Shown here in pieces: positions 49,085 to 61,851 of a stretch of DNA of 64,000 bases. The translations under genes were made by a program, and so were the position numbers. How positions within the stretch are numbered: position 1 is the first letter of the stretch; each line of letters opens with the position of its first letter. The stretch lies in NCBI GenBank assembly GCA_964252035.1, contig OZ176211.1. One strand, 5' to 3'. The stretch is from Podarcis erhardii. Taxonomy: Eukaryota. The notes beneath the pieces are model-generated. The model saw only the letters and a program-made list of their open reading frames with translations, made no database searches and had not been told where the DNA came from.

Positions 49085-49575
49085 CCCCATCCCAAGAAAA
49101 CTATACCCATTTTAAGGTCAGGTTGGATAAAATACTGTATCATCACTGAGATCCAAAGAGCTGCCTGAAGCATGGCATGCCCAGTTGATTTTGTTTGTTT
49201 GTTTACATTTTCTTTGAATAGCAGATACCCATTCTATAGAATAAATTACCCTTGAGAGTTTCTTCAGTTTCGAGTGCTAGTATTTGAGAAAGACAAATAC
49301 CACTCCGGGTGTACAGTTCTTTGAATGCCAGTCACTGCATATAATATTGAACAAGAACAGATTAATTACTCCCTGAAATAATGACCATCCAGGGCAATAT
49401 TTTCAATAGAGGAATGAATGTTACCACATATAAGAAAGTGGAAGAATACACTGAGCATATAGACAATGATTATTTATTAAGAATAAATGATTCACAGCTT
49501 CATAACTGTAATTTTTTTTAATGAAAAGGGTCAGCAATAATCTTCCTGAAGAGAACAGATTAAATGATGTCCCAT

Positions 49576-49659
49576 GTGGCAGTTTAGCAGCCGTACATAT
49601 GATGTCACTCCTAAAAGTACAAGTAAATGACGTCATACATACGACCACCAAGCCACCAC
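49576..49659 (-). ncRNA. MIR489: microRNA precursor mir-489 (5p UGGUCGUAUGUAUGACGUCAUUU at 49625-49647; 3p GUGACAUCAUAUGUACGGCUGCU at 49586-49608)
   Basis: The reverse complement folds as a hairpin whose arms match the sauropsid miR-489 sequences I recall. It lies in the CALCR intron after the first coding exon and on the host strand. Confidence 0.93.
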
Positions 49660-50467
49660 GCATTAAATGATTGTTATAAAAGGTGCATTACTATGGAGTA
49701 AAAAACAACAACAGATTTCTTTGAATGCTGGCAACCACTTTATACCTAAAAGATGATAGTCGCGTCTTTTAGATTGAAGCAACCGCGCTCCCTGCGAATT
49801 AATATTAAGACTTGCTATATTGTATACTCTCAGAATAATTCATAACTAACAATCAACAGCAAAATGTAATAGAGTGGTAGAATTGGAAGGGACCATGAGG
49901 GTCATCTAGTTCAAACCCCTACAGGGCAGGAATCTTTTGCCCAACATGGGGGCATGGTCTCTATGACCAATTCTTTGGATGATGAAAATATCACACACAA
50001 ATCCTGGGAAAAGAAAATCCCCCCCCCCAATACTTCAGACGATGGGCAAGCATCCGAAAAGGCGCCTCCATCAATAATGCAGGCATAATATGGAATATCA
50101 TTTTTTGTGACCTTTAAAGCAGATGCCACATATCAGGTGAGTTTTCCTTCCAACCCTTTTAAAAAAACAGAGCAAGGCAGAAAAACTCTTAATGTCAAAC
50201 AGAAGGCAAATCTCAAATACAAATTGTAGCTTGGTACATTTTATGCATCTTGTCACTACTCCCTCTTCCTCCCCATAATATTTAGCAGGAATGAATTGTC
50301 ACTGAATCCTGAATGTCAAGTCAAGAGTTTCTGTGCCACAGGCGTGGGGAATTTCACTCCACAATGCCTGGGATTCAGGTAGTGAGAGCAGCACATCTGG
50401 AAGTATATAGAAAACTCCACAAGGAGCCCAGTCCCCACCTAAAAGCAATGTGGAGTCCAGCTCTGAC

Positions 50468-50778
50468 TGGGGCAGAGGAAGGGGGGGGGTCACCACTGAG
50501 GCGGGTGACAAAATGCTGGGCTGCACTCACCGCGGGGCCTGCAGTGCGCCTGAGCCACACATCTCTCCTGGGAGTGATGCAGTGGCTTGGGCGCTCACAG
50601 GCTCTGCATTGCCCCAAACAGTCTGTCCGCCGCTGCCCCCCAAGCTGTAGGGCAGCTGAAAGGGTGGAGGCAGGCAGAGTCTGGAGGCCTCGCGGGTCGT
50701 CCTGCCCCAGCTGGCCCTGCCCCTGGGCACAGGGCATGCACGCCACCCCAGGTGCCCAATCAGCTTGCTCCGCCACTG
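50468..50778. mobile_element. GC-rich hAT MITE
   Basis: 8-bp TSD gctctgac (50460-50467 and 50779-50786); right TIR gctccgccactg; left TIR decayed. Confidence 0.65.
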
Positions 50779-50833
50779 GCTCTGACAAACTGATTACAAG
50801 CTAACCTTCTGTTCTTCTATGTGTCTCTATAAA

Positions 50834-51076
50834 AAGTAAAGGTAAAGGATCCTTGACAGTTAAGTCCAGTCGCGGACAACTTTGGGGTTGCCAGTGCTCA
50901 TCTCACTTTACAGGCTGAGGGAGCCAGCCTTTGTTTGCAGACAGTTTTTACAGGTCATGTGGCCAATATGACTAAGCTGCTTCTGGTGCAACGGAGCATC
51001 GACACCAGAGCAGCGCACGGAAATGCCATTTACCTTCCCACCGGAGCGGTACCTATTTATCTACTTGCACTTGTGT
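50834..51076 (-). mobile_element. 5'-truncated Sauria SINE
   Basis: Tail and core match the other copies; tRNA-like head absent. Confidence 0.85.
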
Positions 51077-52745
51077 CTCCATACAGTTTAATAAATAAAA
51101 ATAAGTATTTTCTCCACACAAAAGAAACTTATTCCAGCAGAAAGGTACTGAAACATGTGTGAATATATTAAGAGTATGGCAGTCATATTCGAGAAGCCTA
51201 CAACTCTGACGGTCACTGTCAATTTTTAAAAGAAGGATAAAGATATTAAACTACTCAATAGACATATTAAAATGAAACACTATTAAAAATCCTGCACCAC
51301 AGGGAATCCTCTTCACATTTACTAGGGAGTAAGCCTCACTGAGCTCAATGGAGCTTTTTACCGTTCGGCAGAGATTGGGGCTGGTGCACAACCTTCGTAA
51401 CAATACTGTCATTCTTTTAAAAAGATCAAGATTACTTAGTTTTAACACTGTGCAGTTGATTTTTGATTTTTAAAAAATATAGTTTAGGCAATTTTACTGC
51501 AGTGAAAACAGATCACATGTGGGTCCAACAAGCGCTACCTGACAAATGTGAATTATATTTTGCAAGTAATTCTAACCAATTATTGCTAGCTATAATTTCA
51601 AATTACACTGTACATTATCTAGTTCTCTACCACCAGCCTCAAGCATAATTATATTACTTTATCTTGTAATTTGTCCATGGAAAAAGCAGGCTAAGAATGT
51701 CACACCACTGAATAACTGCTTTTAATCAGGTCTGCTAAAACCAACCAACCAACCAACTAACCAACCAACCAACCAACCATCTTTTCAGACTCATTTTATG
51801 TCCCAATGTCACTTCAGTCCTGTCACTCATATGATTAAGCCACTGAGTCTAAATTTCAGCTAGGGGTTCTTTTCCTGCCCTATCTGAAAATATCAGGGAT
51901 TGAACCTAAGACTTTCCACAAGCAACGTACACTCTTGCCTTTCCTTAAGGAAGAGGGGTTCGTGAATTTAAGGTTGTAATCCTAATCTCACTTACTTGGG
52001 AGTAAGACCCACTGAATTTCAACAGCACTTACCTCTGAGTAGACATGGTTAGGCTTACACAATCACTCAACTGTCACTCATGCTACCATTGCTGTATTCA
52101 AACACAGATACAGGGGGGCTAACTCATGGGGGCCGAGCCCTTTTGGGTCCCCCATGTCCCCAAAATAAGGGGGCGGATGAGGCTGAGTGCAGAGCCAAGC
52201 ACAGTGTGGCTTCAGTGGCCGACTTCTCCTGCCACGGAGGAGGAGCAGGGAAGCAGCCCTTAGCTGGTGGCAGGAGGACAAGAACCTGCTGGCCACTGAG
52301 TGCTGCTGCCACATTCAGCTCCGATACCAACTCCTCCAACGTCCTGACAAAATGTGCACATCATAGAGACATCGAGACTTCGGGACCCAACACCGCCCCC
52401 TGCATTTCTCTTTCGGAAGCTGGTGCCTCTGCATCGATAACCTGGGACCTTTTGCTTGCGAGGTAGAAGCTCTGCACTGAGCCATGGTTATTCCCCAAGT
52501 GAACGAGACCATTGCCTTACAAGTATTTCCCAAGAAAGGTAAAAAACAACAACCCAGGAGACCTCTGATCACTTCTGTTCATAGTCATTTGAATTGGTGA
52601 GCCTGATTTTAGAACAAAGTGAACTAGCACAATGCAAACAGTATCAATCCATTTCACAACAATACACATGCAATTCTAAAAGCCTTCTGTTACTTTTTAT
52701 TATGAAAATAGAAGTAATTTTGTTAAGCGGTTTGCTTTTACTTAC

Positions 52746-52793
52746 ATTTAGTAGAATAATCAGTAAGAAGCAACCCTTGCTTTTTTTATCCAT
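52746..52793 (-). CDS. CALCR: Calcitonin receptor, first coding exon (MDKKSKGCFLLIILLN, signal peptide)
   Basis: Exon 52746-52832 with a polypyrimidine cag acceptor and gtaag donor. The ATG is in good Kozak context (GCAATGG) with an in-frame TAG 39 nt upstream. Phase 0 joins in frame to the next exon. It lies about 3 kb upstream of mir-489, as the first coding exon does in mammals. Confidence 0.85.
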
Positions 52794-55651
52794 TGCAGAT
52801 CCTTTCTGGAGCAATGTATCTCCCAGGCCCTACTGGGAATTAGAAAAACAACAACCACTATCATTAGATTTTATTTGTCAATATCCTCATTAAAATGTAT
52901 ACAAGTTTCTTTCTTAAACACAGTGTGCATATTCAGGTGTTACCAGGAGTGGCTAACACTTTTCATCCCAACTGCCACATTGAGGATTAGGCAACACGAT
53001 GACCATATATGTCATAGATGACATATATGATGTAAGAGACAATCTTTATAGAATTCCTTCAAACAATAACAAGTTCAAAATGAAATCTGAGACTCAAAGT
53101 TTCTGAAAGTCTTTGAATGAAGTGAGGTACCAAACTTTGCAACACAGGGGTTTGTTTGGATACACTGAGGATTAGCAAGCATGTAACACACTCACAAAAC
53201 ATAACCCATATACAAACAAGGAGACTGTAGCTGTCCTCCCAGGCCAGCACTGCAATAGGGAGGGAAGCCTCGGCTTACGGTGCAAAGTTGCCTCTTTTAC
53301 CTCCAGTGCAGCATCACAGCTAGGAGGTATTAGCACTGAGAATGCAGGAAACCTATAGATGCACCAGAGGAAGAAGAGGTATCTGTGCAAGCCAAGGGCA
53401 CGAGGAGGACGCATCCAGTTTTCGGTCTTCCGTTGCAAGTGGCTTGCCCCTGAGTCATGGCTTTTCTACCCCTGCACTAAACTATAACTGAGTGTGATGA
53501 AAATGTGCTGCAGAAAACTTCAGACCTGCATGCTCCCTCCTGTTGTCTTCCATCAGCACAGCTGTGAGTGGGAGAACAGAAGTCTTTGCTTCTGCCTAAT
53601 ATTGCATGCTAAACAGTGGTTAAATTGAACTCTAAAGTGTGCTAATAATGGCTTGTTTAAACATGCCGACTTCATTACCTACGGTCTGAAGTTGATTAAT
53701 TTCAAATAAACCTTAGTGATTGACCACAGTTTGTTGTTGCTTTCAGATGACACAACAATCCACCATTAATCTAAACTGGAAGCAGTAGATTCTAAACTCC
53801 TCCTCACAGCAGCGCCAGAGGAGAAGTACACAAACCCAGGGGTCTCTGTGGATTGGTACTGTCACACTAAACTATGGTTTAGCATAATGTCAACAGGTAG
53901 CCTGATCATGTGTGCACATTTTAAAAAATGACAATATAGGTGCTAAGAAAGTTGTACCAATATGGCACCTTAAAAGTTTTCTCATTAATTTTTCTTCATA
54001 ATATGTAATTTGCTAAATATGTCAGTGAAGCACAGAATGTGAAATGCCATTTAAGCTAGCGTTGAGCTGAATTATCATGGCTTTCTATTTTCAGCATGAG
54101 ATTTGCATGTTCAATGAGGGATAGCCTTTAGTCAAGCGACTAAGCAAATTGCACACTAATAATAAAAAATCTCTTTATCCTAGTTCTAAACATCACAGTG
54201 CAGGCACAGCAATGAAAATGCTCCGAAAGGGGATCTTTAAAACTGAACTATTGGCCCACAGGGCTGATTCCAAAACAGGGAAAGCCACAGTACCCAGGGA
54301 ACTTAACTGACTCCACCATACCAAAGTTTTGGCATGCCTTTTTATATACTCTCTGTGAACCCGCCTCAACCACCAAAGTGATCAGAAACAGTCCCAATCC
54401 CAACTGCTTTCTGCAGACTTACGGCTATAGGAGAGGGAGGGCTTAGAGAGGGTATAAAAAAGTCTGTACAACTTTTGCTCAAGGATTTTTCCAAGTTTAA
54501 TTAGAGAAGCTCAAAGACTGGATAGCTCCCAAAGACATGAATATTCTGTGGGTTGCACCCTGTGGGATAACTTGGGTACCATACAGTTCCCAGTAGCCAC
54601 GAAACCCAGTATTAGTGGAGGCATTATGCAGATCTCTCTGCTGCTCCAATATACAATTCTGAGTTTGTATTGTACATTGCTTTAAGTATGGCTTTTAATT
54701 TATTGTACCACCAAACACCTGACTTTAAAGTGAGAGGAAAATATGCAAGTTACAATGTTATCCTAAATGTGTAACTTGCAACTACTTTGGGGGATTTTTA
54801 AAAATAATAATGTAATACCAGGTGTGCGAGAGGCAGGGTTAGTAGTCATCATGGCATGCGGAGAGGGGCATTTAACCCTTCACACCCCAACTGCAATCAT
54901 CATAAAATCCATCCCACCACAAGCCTAGGGAGCTGGGGACCCAGTGGGCTGGTTTTTGTCACAACAGTCACTAGAGTGTTGATGTAGTTTGTGGGTGTGC
55001 ATGACGGCATAGTCCCATCCATTTCTTCGGCTGGATGCAGTGCAGACCACTCCTTAGTAACTGTGGTTAGGATTGCAACCTGAATAATCTTGAAACCAAA
55101 TAATACGTTTTTATTGGCTTACAAGTAAGGTAGGCTGCTCCTCACCCCACCCCTGCTTTGTTCTTAAAAATAAATAAGTAAATCTGTGCTACATGCTCTT
55201 TAAGATCACTGGTGCAATAAAATAGTCTAGTAATGTACGTTTTTATGTCTTTGAAGCAGTATGTTCCACATACTTAATTTTTATAACAGTTAATGTTCAG
55301 TTATTAAGCCTTTAAGGATACTATTAAATTAAATCACAATAATATTTCATAACGCTTTTTATATCCTGTTCTGGGGGAATGGTCCAGCCAAAGTGAAGCA
55401 CTTCTAAGCCGCCATGATTTGTGAGACAGCTTAAAGCACATGTATAACACATCCAGAGAAATCAATGGGGTTTTTCTTTTTTTAAAGTGCTTAACTTTGA
55501 ACAGATGTGTCCCTAGCTACTACTTGTCCAATACTTATATATATATTTGCAGCAGTGAGGAAGGTGTATTCAGTCAGGTGTATTCAGCGATCTGCACACG
55601 GAGTTCCTGTATGTTTTGGATCTCTCGTTTACTTCAGAAGAAGATGTAGAG

Positions 55652-55787
55652 CAGGCATAGGCAAACTATGGCCCTCCAGATGTTTGGGACTACAATTCCC
55701 ATCATCCCTAGCTAACAGGACCAGTGGTCAGGGATGATGGGAATTGTAGTCCCAAACATCTGGAGGGCCAGAGTTTGCCTATGCCTG
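55652..55787. mobile_element. 136-bp hAT MITE forming a near-perfect hairpin
   Basis: 58-bp arms with 1 mismatch, 20-nt loop, perfect 8-bp TSD atgtagag (55644-55651 and 55788-55795). Confidence 0.92.
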
Positions 55788-55828
55788 ATGTAGAGCAAGG
55801 AGGGGGAACCTGTTACTCTCCAGATGTT

Positions 55829-55927
55829 AAAACAAAATTAAAAAATTCCTTCCAGTAGCACCTTAAAGACCAACTAAGTTAGTTCTTGGTATGAGCTTTC
55901 GTGTGCATGCACACTTCTTCAGATACC
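55829..55927 (-). mobile_element. Penelope-like (Neptune-type) 3' pLTR fragment
   Basis: The hammerhead is followed by the tail ...ttagttggtctttaaggtgctac..., similar to the decayed copy at 42783-42890. Confidence 0.7.
55889..55926 (-). ncRNA. Minimal type I hammerhead ribozyme motif in a second PLE family remnant
   Basis: GUAU-CUGAAGA-A-[GUGUG/caug/CACAC]-GAAA-GCUC-AUAC: 4-bp helix I, 5-bp helix II, palindromic AGCU helix III. Confidence 0.7.
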
Positions 55928-55947
55928 TCTCTAGACCAAGGAGTATA

Positions 55948-56143
55948 CAGTGGTACCTCAGGTTACAGACGCTTCAGGTTACAGACTCCACTAACCCAGA
56001 AATAGTACCTCGGGTTAAGAACTTTGCTTCAGGATGAGAACAGAAATCGTGCGGTGGCAGCGGGAGGCCCCATTAGCTAAAGTGGTTTCAGGTTAAGAAT
56101 GGACCTCCAGAACGAATTAAGTTCTTAACCAGAGGTACCACTG
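55948..56143. mobile_element. Tc1/mariner-type MITE
   Basis: TIR cagtggtacctc.ggtta, TA TSD, internal sequence antisense to the 46514 copy. Confidence 0.88.
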
Positions 56144-57552
56144 TATAGGTGTAAAATAAACCATATACCTTAAAACACTACAGTCTCTGCTGTGCCTGAA
56201 TTCCCAACAGAAACATAACCCTGATTATGCACCTATGACCCCCTAGAATTCTGCTACCGCTTGGCAGAGATTGGGGGTGGCCAGAGTTTTGGTGGTTTTG
56301 CAGAAGTTGTCCACTTAAGTGGGGCTATTTAGGGGACAAAAAGAAAAAGGATGGACATGATGTCAAGAAGCTTGTTTCAAAGGTCAATGCAAAATAAAGA
56401 TGACAATCTCAAATTTAGTAATACCATCCTTCCAGTATAGTTTGAAATATAATTGCATTCATTTAGAGCACTTCCTGACATGTAATTTACAACAAATTAG
56501 CAAAAGTCAATCTATGCTTGGAAGGTTCTATATAAATGTTGTTTGTTTTTGTTTTTAAATTAAATGTTGAATTTTATCCTCAGTGCGGCATATATTTTTC
56601 TGCGTGTTCAATTCAAAAATTAATAGAGCGAGCCATGTCAGGAGCTGTAAAAAATGTTTAATGGGCTGTTTAGCAAAGTGATGATTTTGTCCTAATTGAA
56701 ACTGGGAATTGTTTCTGTCATGTTAGATCAAAGCACTGAGAATAAGCAGGTCTTAATTCCTAGTGGCTGGGCCTGCATGGGCGGAAATAACTAGATCTGT
56801 GATGTGTTGCTCCAATTAGAGTTCTTGCTTTCATCTCTGCTAAATGATAGGAATATAAGGTTGAGTGTTTTGCCAGATATCAAAAGATTTCCTTAACTCA
56901 GCTAAATTTCCCAGGAGCAGAATGGGAAAGCTAATTTTAAATTATATAGAGAAGTGGCAATATTAAAGCCATGTCATTTTCTGGCTTAGTCTTTTTTTTT
57001 TTTATCTATACAAGCTGGGGAAGGACATAGATTGGCTTTTACGTTCATTTAAAAATGACTGATTAAGTGAGTAAAGTCTGCTTATGTACCCTACACAATC
57101 AGAGTTCTACCACCTGCCTGAGAGCTACCTGCTACCTGTATGGTTCCTATCTGCCTGATTCCTGCTATCTGCCTGTTAGCCTTAAGGTCTATCTTCCTGC
57201 CTCTTGGGCCTGAGCGCCTGACAACAAACCATTGTTTTGCTCTCCATTTTGATATAGCATTGGTGGAAAAGTGAATGGTTTTCTTTAGCATGCATTTCAA
57301 AGCTACCAATCACGTAAGAACCAAAGCAAAGCAAAACAACCAGAATGGATAATATTAGTCTGCCTTTATATATTTTGTAAGATGTATGGTGCTAATTTCT
57401 GAGTCCACGGATTATGAAAGGCCCGGGGAAAACCTTAAAAGTGAGCAAAAAGTTTATTTACCAAAAGGCCAACATAAATGGTCTCAGCAGTCCACACAGC
57501 TGCCGAGGGTATGGTTCAGTGCATTAGGCATACATAACAACGAAATGAAATA

Positions 57553-57801
57553 AAGTCATAACTTGGTTTCAAACAGCTTAGTTCTCGAATGTTTTGGTTC
57601 CCGAACGCCGCAAACCCATAAGTGGCTGTTCTGGTTTGCCAACTATTTTTGGAAGCTGAACATCTGACGGGGCTTCTGTGGCTTCCAATTGGCTGCAGGA
57701 GCTTCCTGCAGCCAATCAAAAGCTGCGCTTTGGTTTCTGAATGTTTTGGAAGTTGAATGGACTTCCAGAACGGATTCCCTTTGACTTCCAAGGTACGATT
57801 G
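57553..57801. mobile_element. Tc1/mariner-type MITE, family 3, antisense to 40407-40657
   Basis: Same internal palindrome; decayed TIRs with TA flanks. Confidence 0.72.
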
Positions 57802-60477
57802 TAAAAGACAAAACATAACCCATCATCAGACAATGATAAACAGCTAAAAATCATTTTTTAAAACCACAGACAAAATGTAACCCCTTTAACAATCCTGGGT
57901 AAAAAAAAGGAAAGATTTAACCTGGCACTGAAAGAATTGTAAAGTTGATGACCACCAAGTCTCTCTCTAGGGAGTGTGTTGCAACATACAGGCCCTCACC
58001 TTCATGCATCAGTGATGTCATCATGTGATTAACAGGTGGGTGGCTGTGCTCACCTGTCAAATTTGGCCCATGATGCTGATCCTGATCAGGATTGGGCCTG
58101 AGAAGCCATTTCTGCAATACCAGCCCTCTGGCTACTGAAGCAGCAGCAGCAAGCACACAAGAAGTGCACGTCACAAGGAATTTACCTTGCTCAGAAACCC
58201 AACTAGCTAAAGATGCTGAACTACAATTACTGAGCTATATAATTACTGGGCATCCATAGGGTGCTATGCAATAAATAGCTGATCAGCTGCAGAAACTCTT
58301 GAGATCTAGATAAGCTTCTCCAGTAGTGTAAGAGCTCTGGCCGAGTCCATGAATGGCTTGCCTGCCATTTCGGAAACGTGCAATGCTCAGGTTGCCAAAA
58401 TATGCCTCGGCACATTGAACAAGTGTGCCAACAAGCCAAAGTGAAATTGGCCTTCCTCAGAAGTAGCACAGTGGAAGGGAAAGCAGATCAAGGGCACAAA
58501 ACAGCAGTACATGCACTGCACAGATGTCTTCCACATCTGGCAACACAGAGGAGGCAATTAACCATATCCAGCCAGGAGGACAAAGACATTGCAGTGGATC
58601 AACATTACCAGAACCCCCCTATCCTACCACTGCTTTACCAAAGGGAAAGACTAGGTGGAGGGGCATATTTGATCTTCCTAACAATTAAGTGTGTTTCATG
58701 GAGAAACAAGGCTGCTTTTGACAATAAAAAGAAACAAACAAAAACAGAGTGAGGAGGGAAGGGGTTGACTGCCGCTCACTATGCCAAGAGCTTTTTCTCA
58801 CATGCTGGGAAAATGTACCAAAGGATAATTTATCAGTCCCTTTGGCTTCTTGCTGCTCCTGCCTGCAGATCTAATTCACATTCTCTCACTTACCTTGGCT
58901 TCATCCTATCATGCCGTAGCCATTCATACATGATAAATATAGAAGCGGCTAATCTAAGATCTGCTTTGCCCAGCCCATATATTAAGCCCTAGCATGCTGT
59001 TTGCCCTTTTATAAATGTTCAAATGTCGTAATAGTAGTAATCAAGGTGGCCACCTCTCCTAGGGATTTCAAAAGACAACAATTTGTATTTCCATATGGTA
59101 ATTTGTATGCAGCAATTTGCCACCGGCAGTCTGATGTTCAGCAAAGGCAGAAATCAGCAATCAACATCACACACACCCGTCAAGCAATACCTAACCTTGC
59201 AAGGTGGCAGGGGCCAGCCCCAGAAAGTTTGCTGCCTGAGGCAGTTTTCTCACTTTGCCTAATGATAGGGCAGGTTTCAAAGAATGGCAACCAAGGTATG
59301 CCAAGGCAGGCGAGCAAACAGGAAGAATAGGTACAGGGAAAATATGCTTTCAACTTGCTGCTCAACAGAAAAGTCAGCAAAGTGAAATGTCTTGACATAT
59401 GGAGCTCCATCTCTGAAGATGCACATAGTGCCACCACTTGCCTTTCCTTCAGATTCCTCCTATAAGCCTACCTTTCCTGGACAGCTTTTGCCTTAGCCTC
59501 ATCTGGGAATGAGGACTGAGAAGATGTTTGTGTGTTGTTGTTTTTCTGTTGTGCTTAAGTGTCAAACAGTCCCAAAACACCAGTGCAGAGGAGTACACTG
59601 TTAAACTATACAAACTGTACAATTTAAAGGGCAAATAATGATAACTATAAATGGCTGCTGTTACTATTATTTACTTAGCTAAACAGGGATTCTAGCATTT
59701 TGCTAATCTCTTTTCCACATCCTCAAAACATTTAAGTTTTGCATTGGCTCTCCAATGACAGAGTTTGGCGTGGCTTCTGGCATCAGGATTATGCAGAGCC
59801 ACCTTCCATATAGTATCTGTCTGCACAGAAGGGGAATTTCAAATTAATTTGGCATTTGAAACAAAGAAAGGCCTCAAGTAATAAATCATTAGCATGTCTT
59901 TATATAATGCTTTTAGCACAATACATAGGTTGATGTTGCATTTATTATCCCCACTGCTTTGGAACATACCACATTTGGCAAGGCTCGATCTTCAAATTTT
60001 ATTTTTAAAGACAGCAGCTGAAGGAGAGACACACTTCAGTGCATTTAAGGTTCTTCATAAATTATTTCAGATTTCAGGAACCAGAAAAGTGAAAATGAGG
60101 CTCACATCCTAATAACACTTGGACATATGTCTCAGTGTAATCAGTGTGACCTTCTTCTGACTAAACACAGTTCAGTCTGGGGAACTCCAGATATTAGTGA
60201 CTTTATATTGTTATCTTAAAAAACACATCCATATGAAATGTATCACAGCTGTGAATGAAACTAATTGCAGACATGGTCTCTGATTGCAAGCCAGCAGGAC
60301 AGTAATCAAAAAAGTTCTTTTCAACTGGTAATGTTCAGTTAGAATATAATTTTCTGCAACAGCCATAAGGGAACTCCCTCACCCCTTCTATTTCTGCTGC
60401 TCACAAAAGAAGATGGATCGTAAAAATAAAATTAAAGGGAAAATCAAATAAAGGCTTTGGCTGCAATCATGCTAAAC

Positions 60478-60613
60478 CAGGCATAGGCAAAGTCGGTCCG
60501 CCAGATGTTTTGAGACTACAGTTCCCATCATCCCTGACCACAGGTCCTGTTAGCTAGGGATGATGGGAGTTGTAGTCCCAAAACATCTGGAGTGCTGAGT
60601 TTGCCTGTGCCTG
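60478..60613. mobile_element. 136-bp hAT MITE (same family; decayed relatives at about 1180, 16548, 22797, 45825, 47035, 60690)
   Basis: TIR caggcataggcaaa and perfect 8-bp TSD tgctaaac. Confidence 0.9.
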
Positions 60614-61643
60614 TGCTAAACCATAGTTTAGTGCAGCATGCAAGAGCAGATGAACCACAGAGAGCCTCAGGCAAGCACACTCCTCCACCCAGATGCTGCT
60701 GAACTACAACTCCCAGCAGCCCCAGCCAGAATGGCCAATGGTTAGGGATGATGGGAGTTGTTGCCCAACAACACCTGGAGGGCACCATTTTGACTACCTC
60801 TATTTTATGAAATATTGTAGGGTGGAGCTTTCTGCCACAAAGCTTCTTCCTTTTCTTCATCAGGGCCCCTATTTTTTTCTGAGGTTCACAATCTGTAGGG
60901 AGAGCTATTGTAATACAGACATTCAACTAAATGCATGCAAGGAGAAGCTGTTTCTGCCAGACCCAGACACACAGCTTCACTCCCCCTAGTTATGCTATGA
61001 AAATTTGGCTGCCCTCTTTTCTGTTTATTGCTGGGTTAAAACTGAGCACCATTTCATGCTATAGCCTTCCTTAGCTATTTGTCTGGGCCCCTTGGCGAAA
61101 CTCTGCGGTTGCAACTAGGAATCTCTGATCCCTTGAATTTGGGGCACTAAAAGGGCAGAATCAAATCTACTTTGTAGCTGATAAGAGGTATTCAGTACCT
61201 GATATTCCATACACAATACAGAGGGGCAGGAAAAGCAAGAACAATAGACTATGTCTGCACATTTGAAAAGGCCTGGAGTTTATGCCTTGCCTGACAAAAC
61301 ACTATTTTGTAGATACTGTGGTCTGCTGTGAATTAGCACCACAGTGTTTGAGTGCTAATTTTTAAGCAGTGGGAAAGTAATGTAATGACTGTGCAGAATC
61401 AGAAAATGCATATGCTCAATCAAAGCACATGGCGGCCTTTTGCTCTGTATTTTAAGTTGGCATCTGGTTTTATTAACCTGTTGTTTTATTTTAAATTTGC
61501 ACTGTTGTTTATGTTATTATGTTGCTTTTTAATTTATTTTGATAACCCATCTTGTGAGGACTCCATCCTGAAAGACAGATTAAAATGTTTTGACTAAACT
61601 AGAACATAACTAAAACACAGGAAACTAGAGTTATACATTGTTA

Positions 61644-61851
61644 CAGTGGAACCTTGGGTTGCAAACGTGATCTGTGCGGGAGAAACGTTCGCAACCCACA
61701 GCGCCTTGTCTGCGCACGTGCGGGTTGCAATTTGGCGCTTCTGCACATGCACCAAAACCCGGAAGTAACCCGTTCTGGTACTTCCGGGTTCGGCGCAGTG
61801 TGCAACCCCAAAACGCATAACCTGAAGAGTCTGTAACCCGAGGTTCCACTG
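61644..61851. mobile_element. Tc1/mariner-type MITE, family 2
   Basis: TIR cagtggaacct.gggtt, TA TSD; antisense to the 5032 copy. Confidence 0.82.

Noticed and set aside
50299-50804. Several overlapping 60-160 aa ORFs
   Set aside because: They coincide with a GC-rich hAT MITE; no recognisable protein motifs.
52111-52402. GC-rich segment with CAGGGG...CCCCTG ends
   Set aside because: Probably a hAT MITE, but the flanks give no matching TSD, so it was not called.
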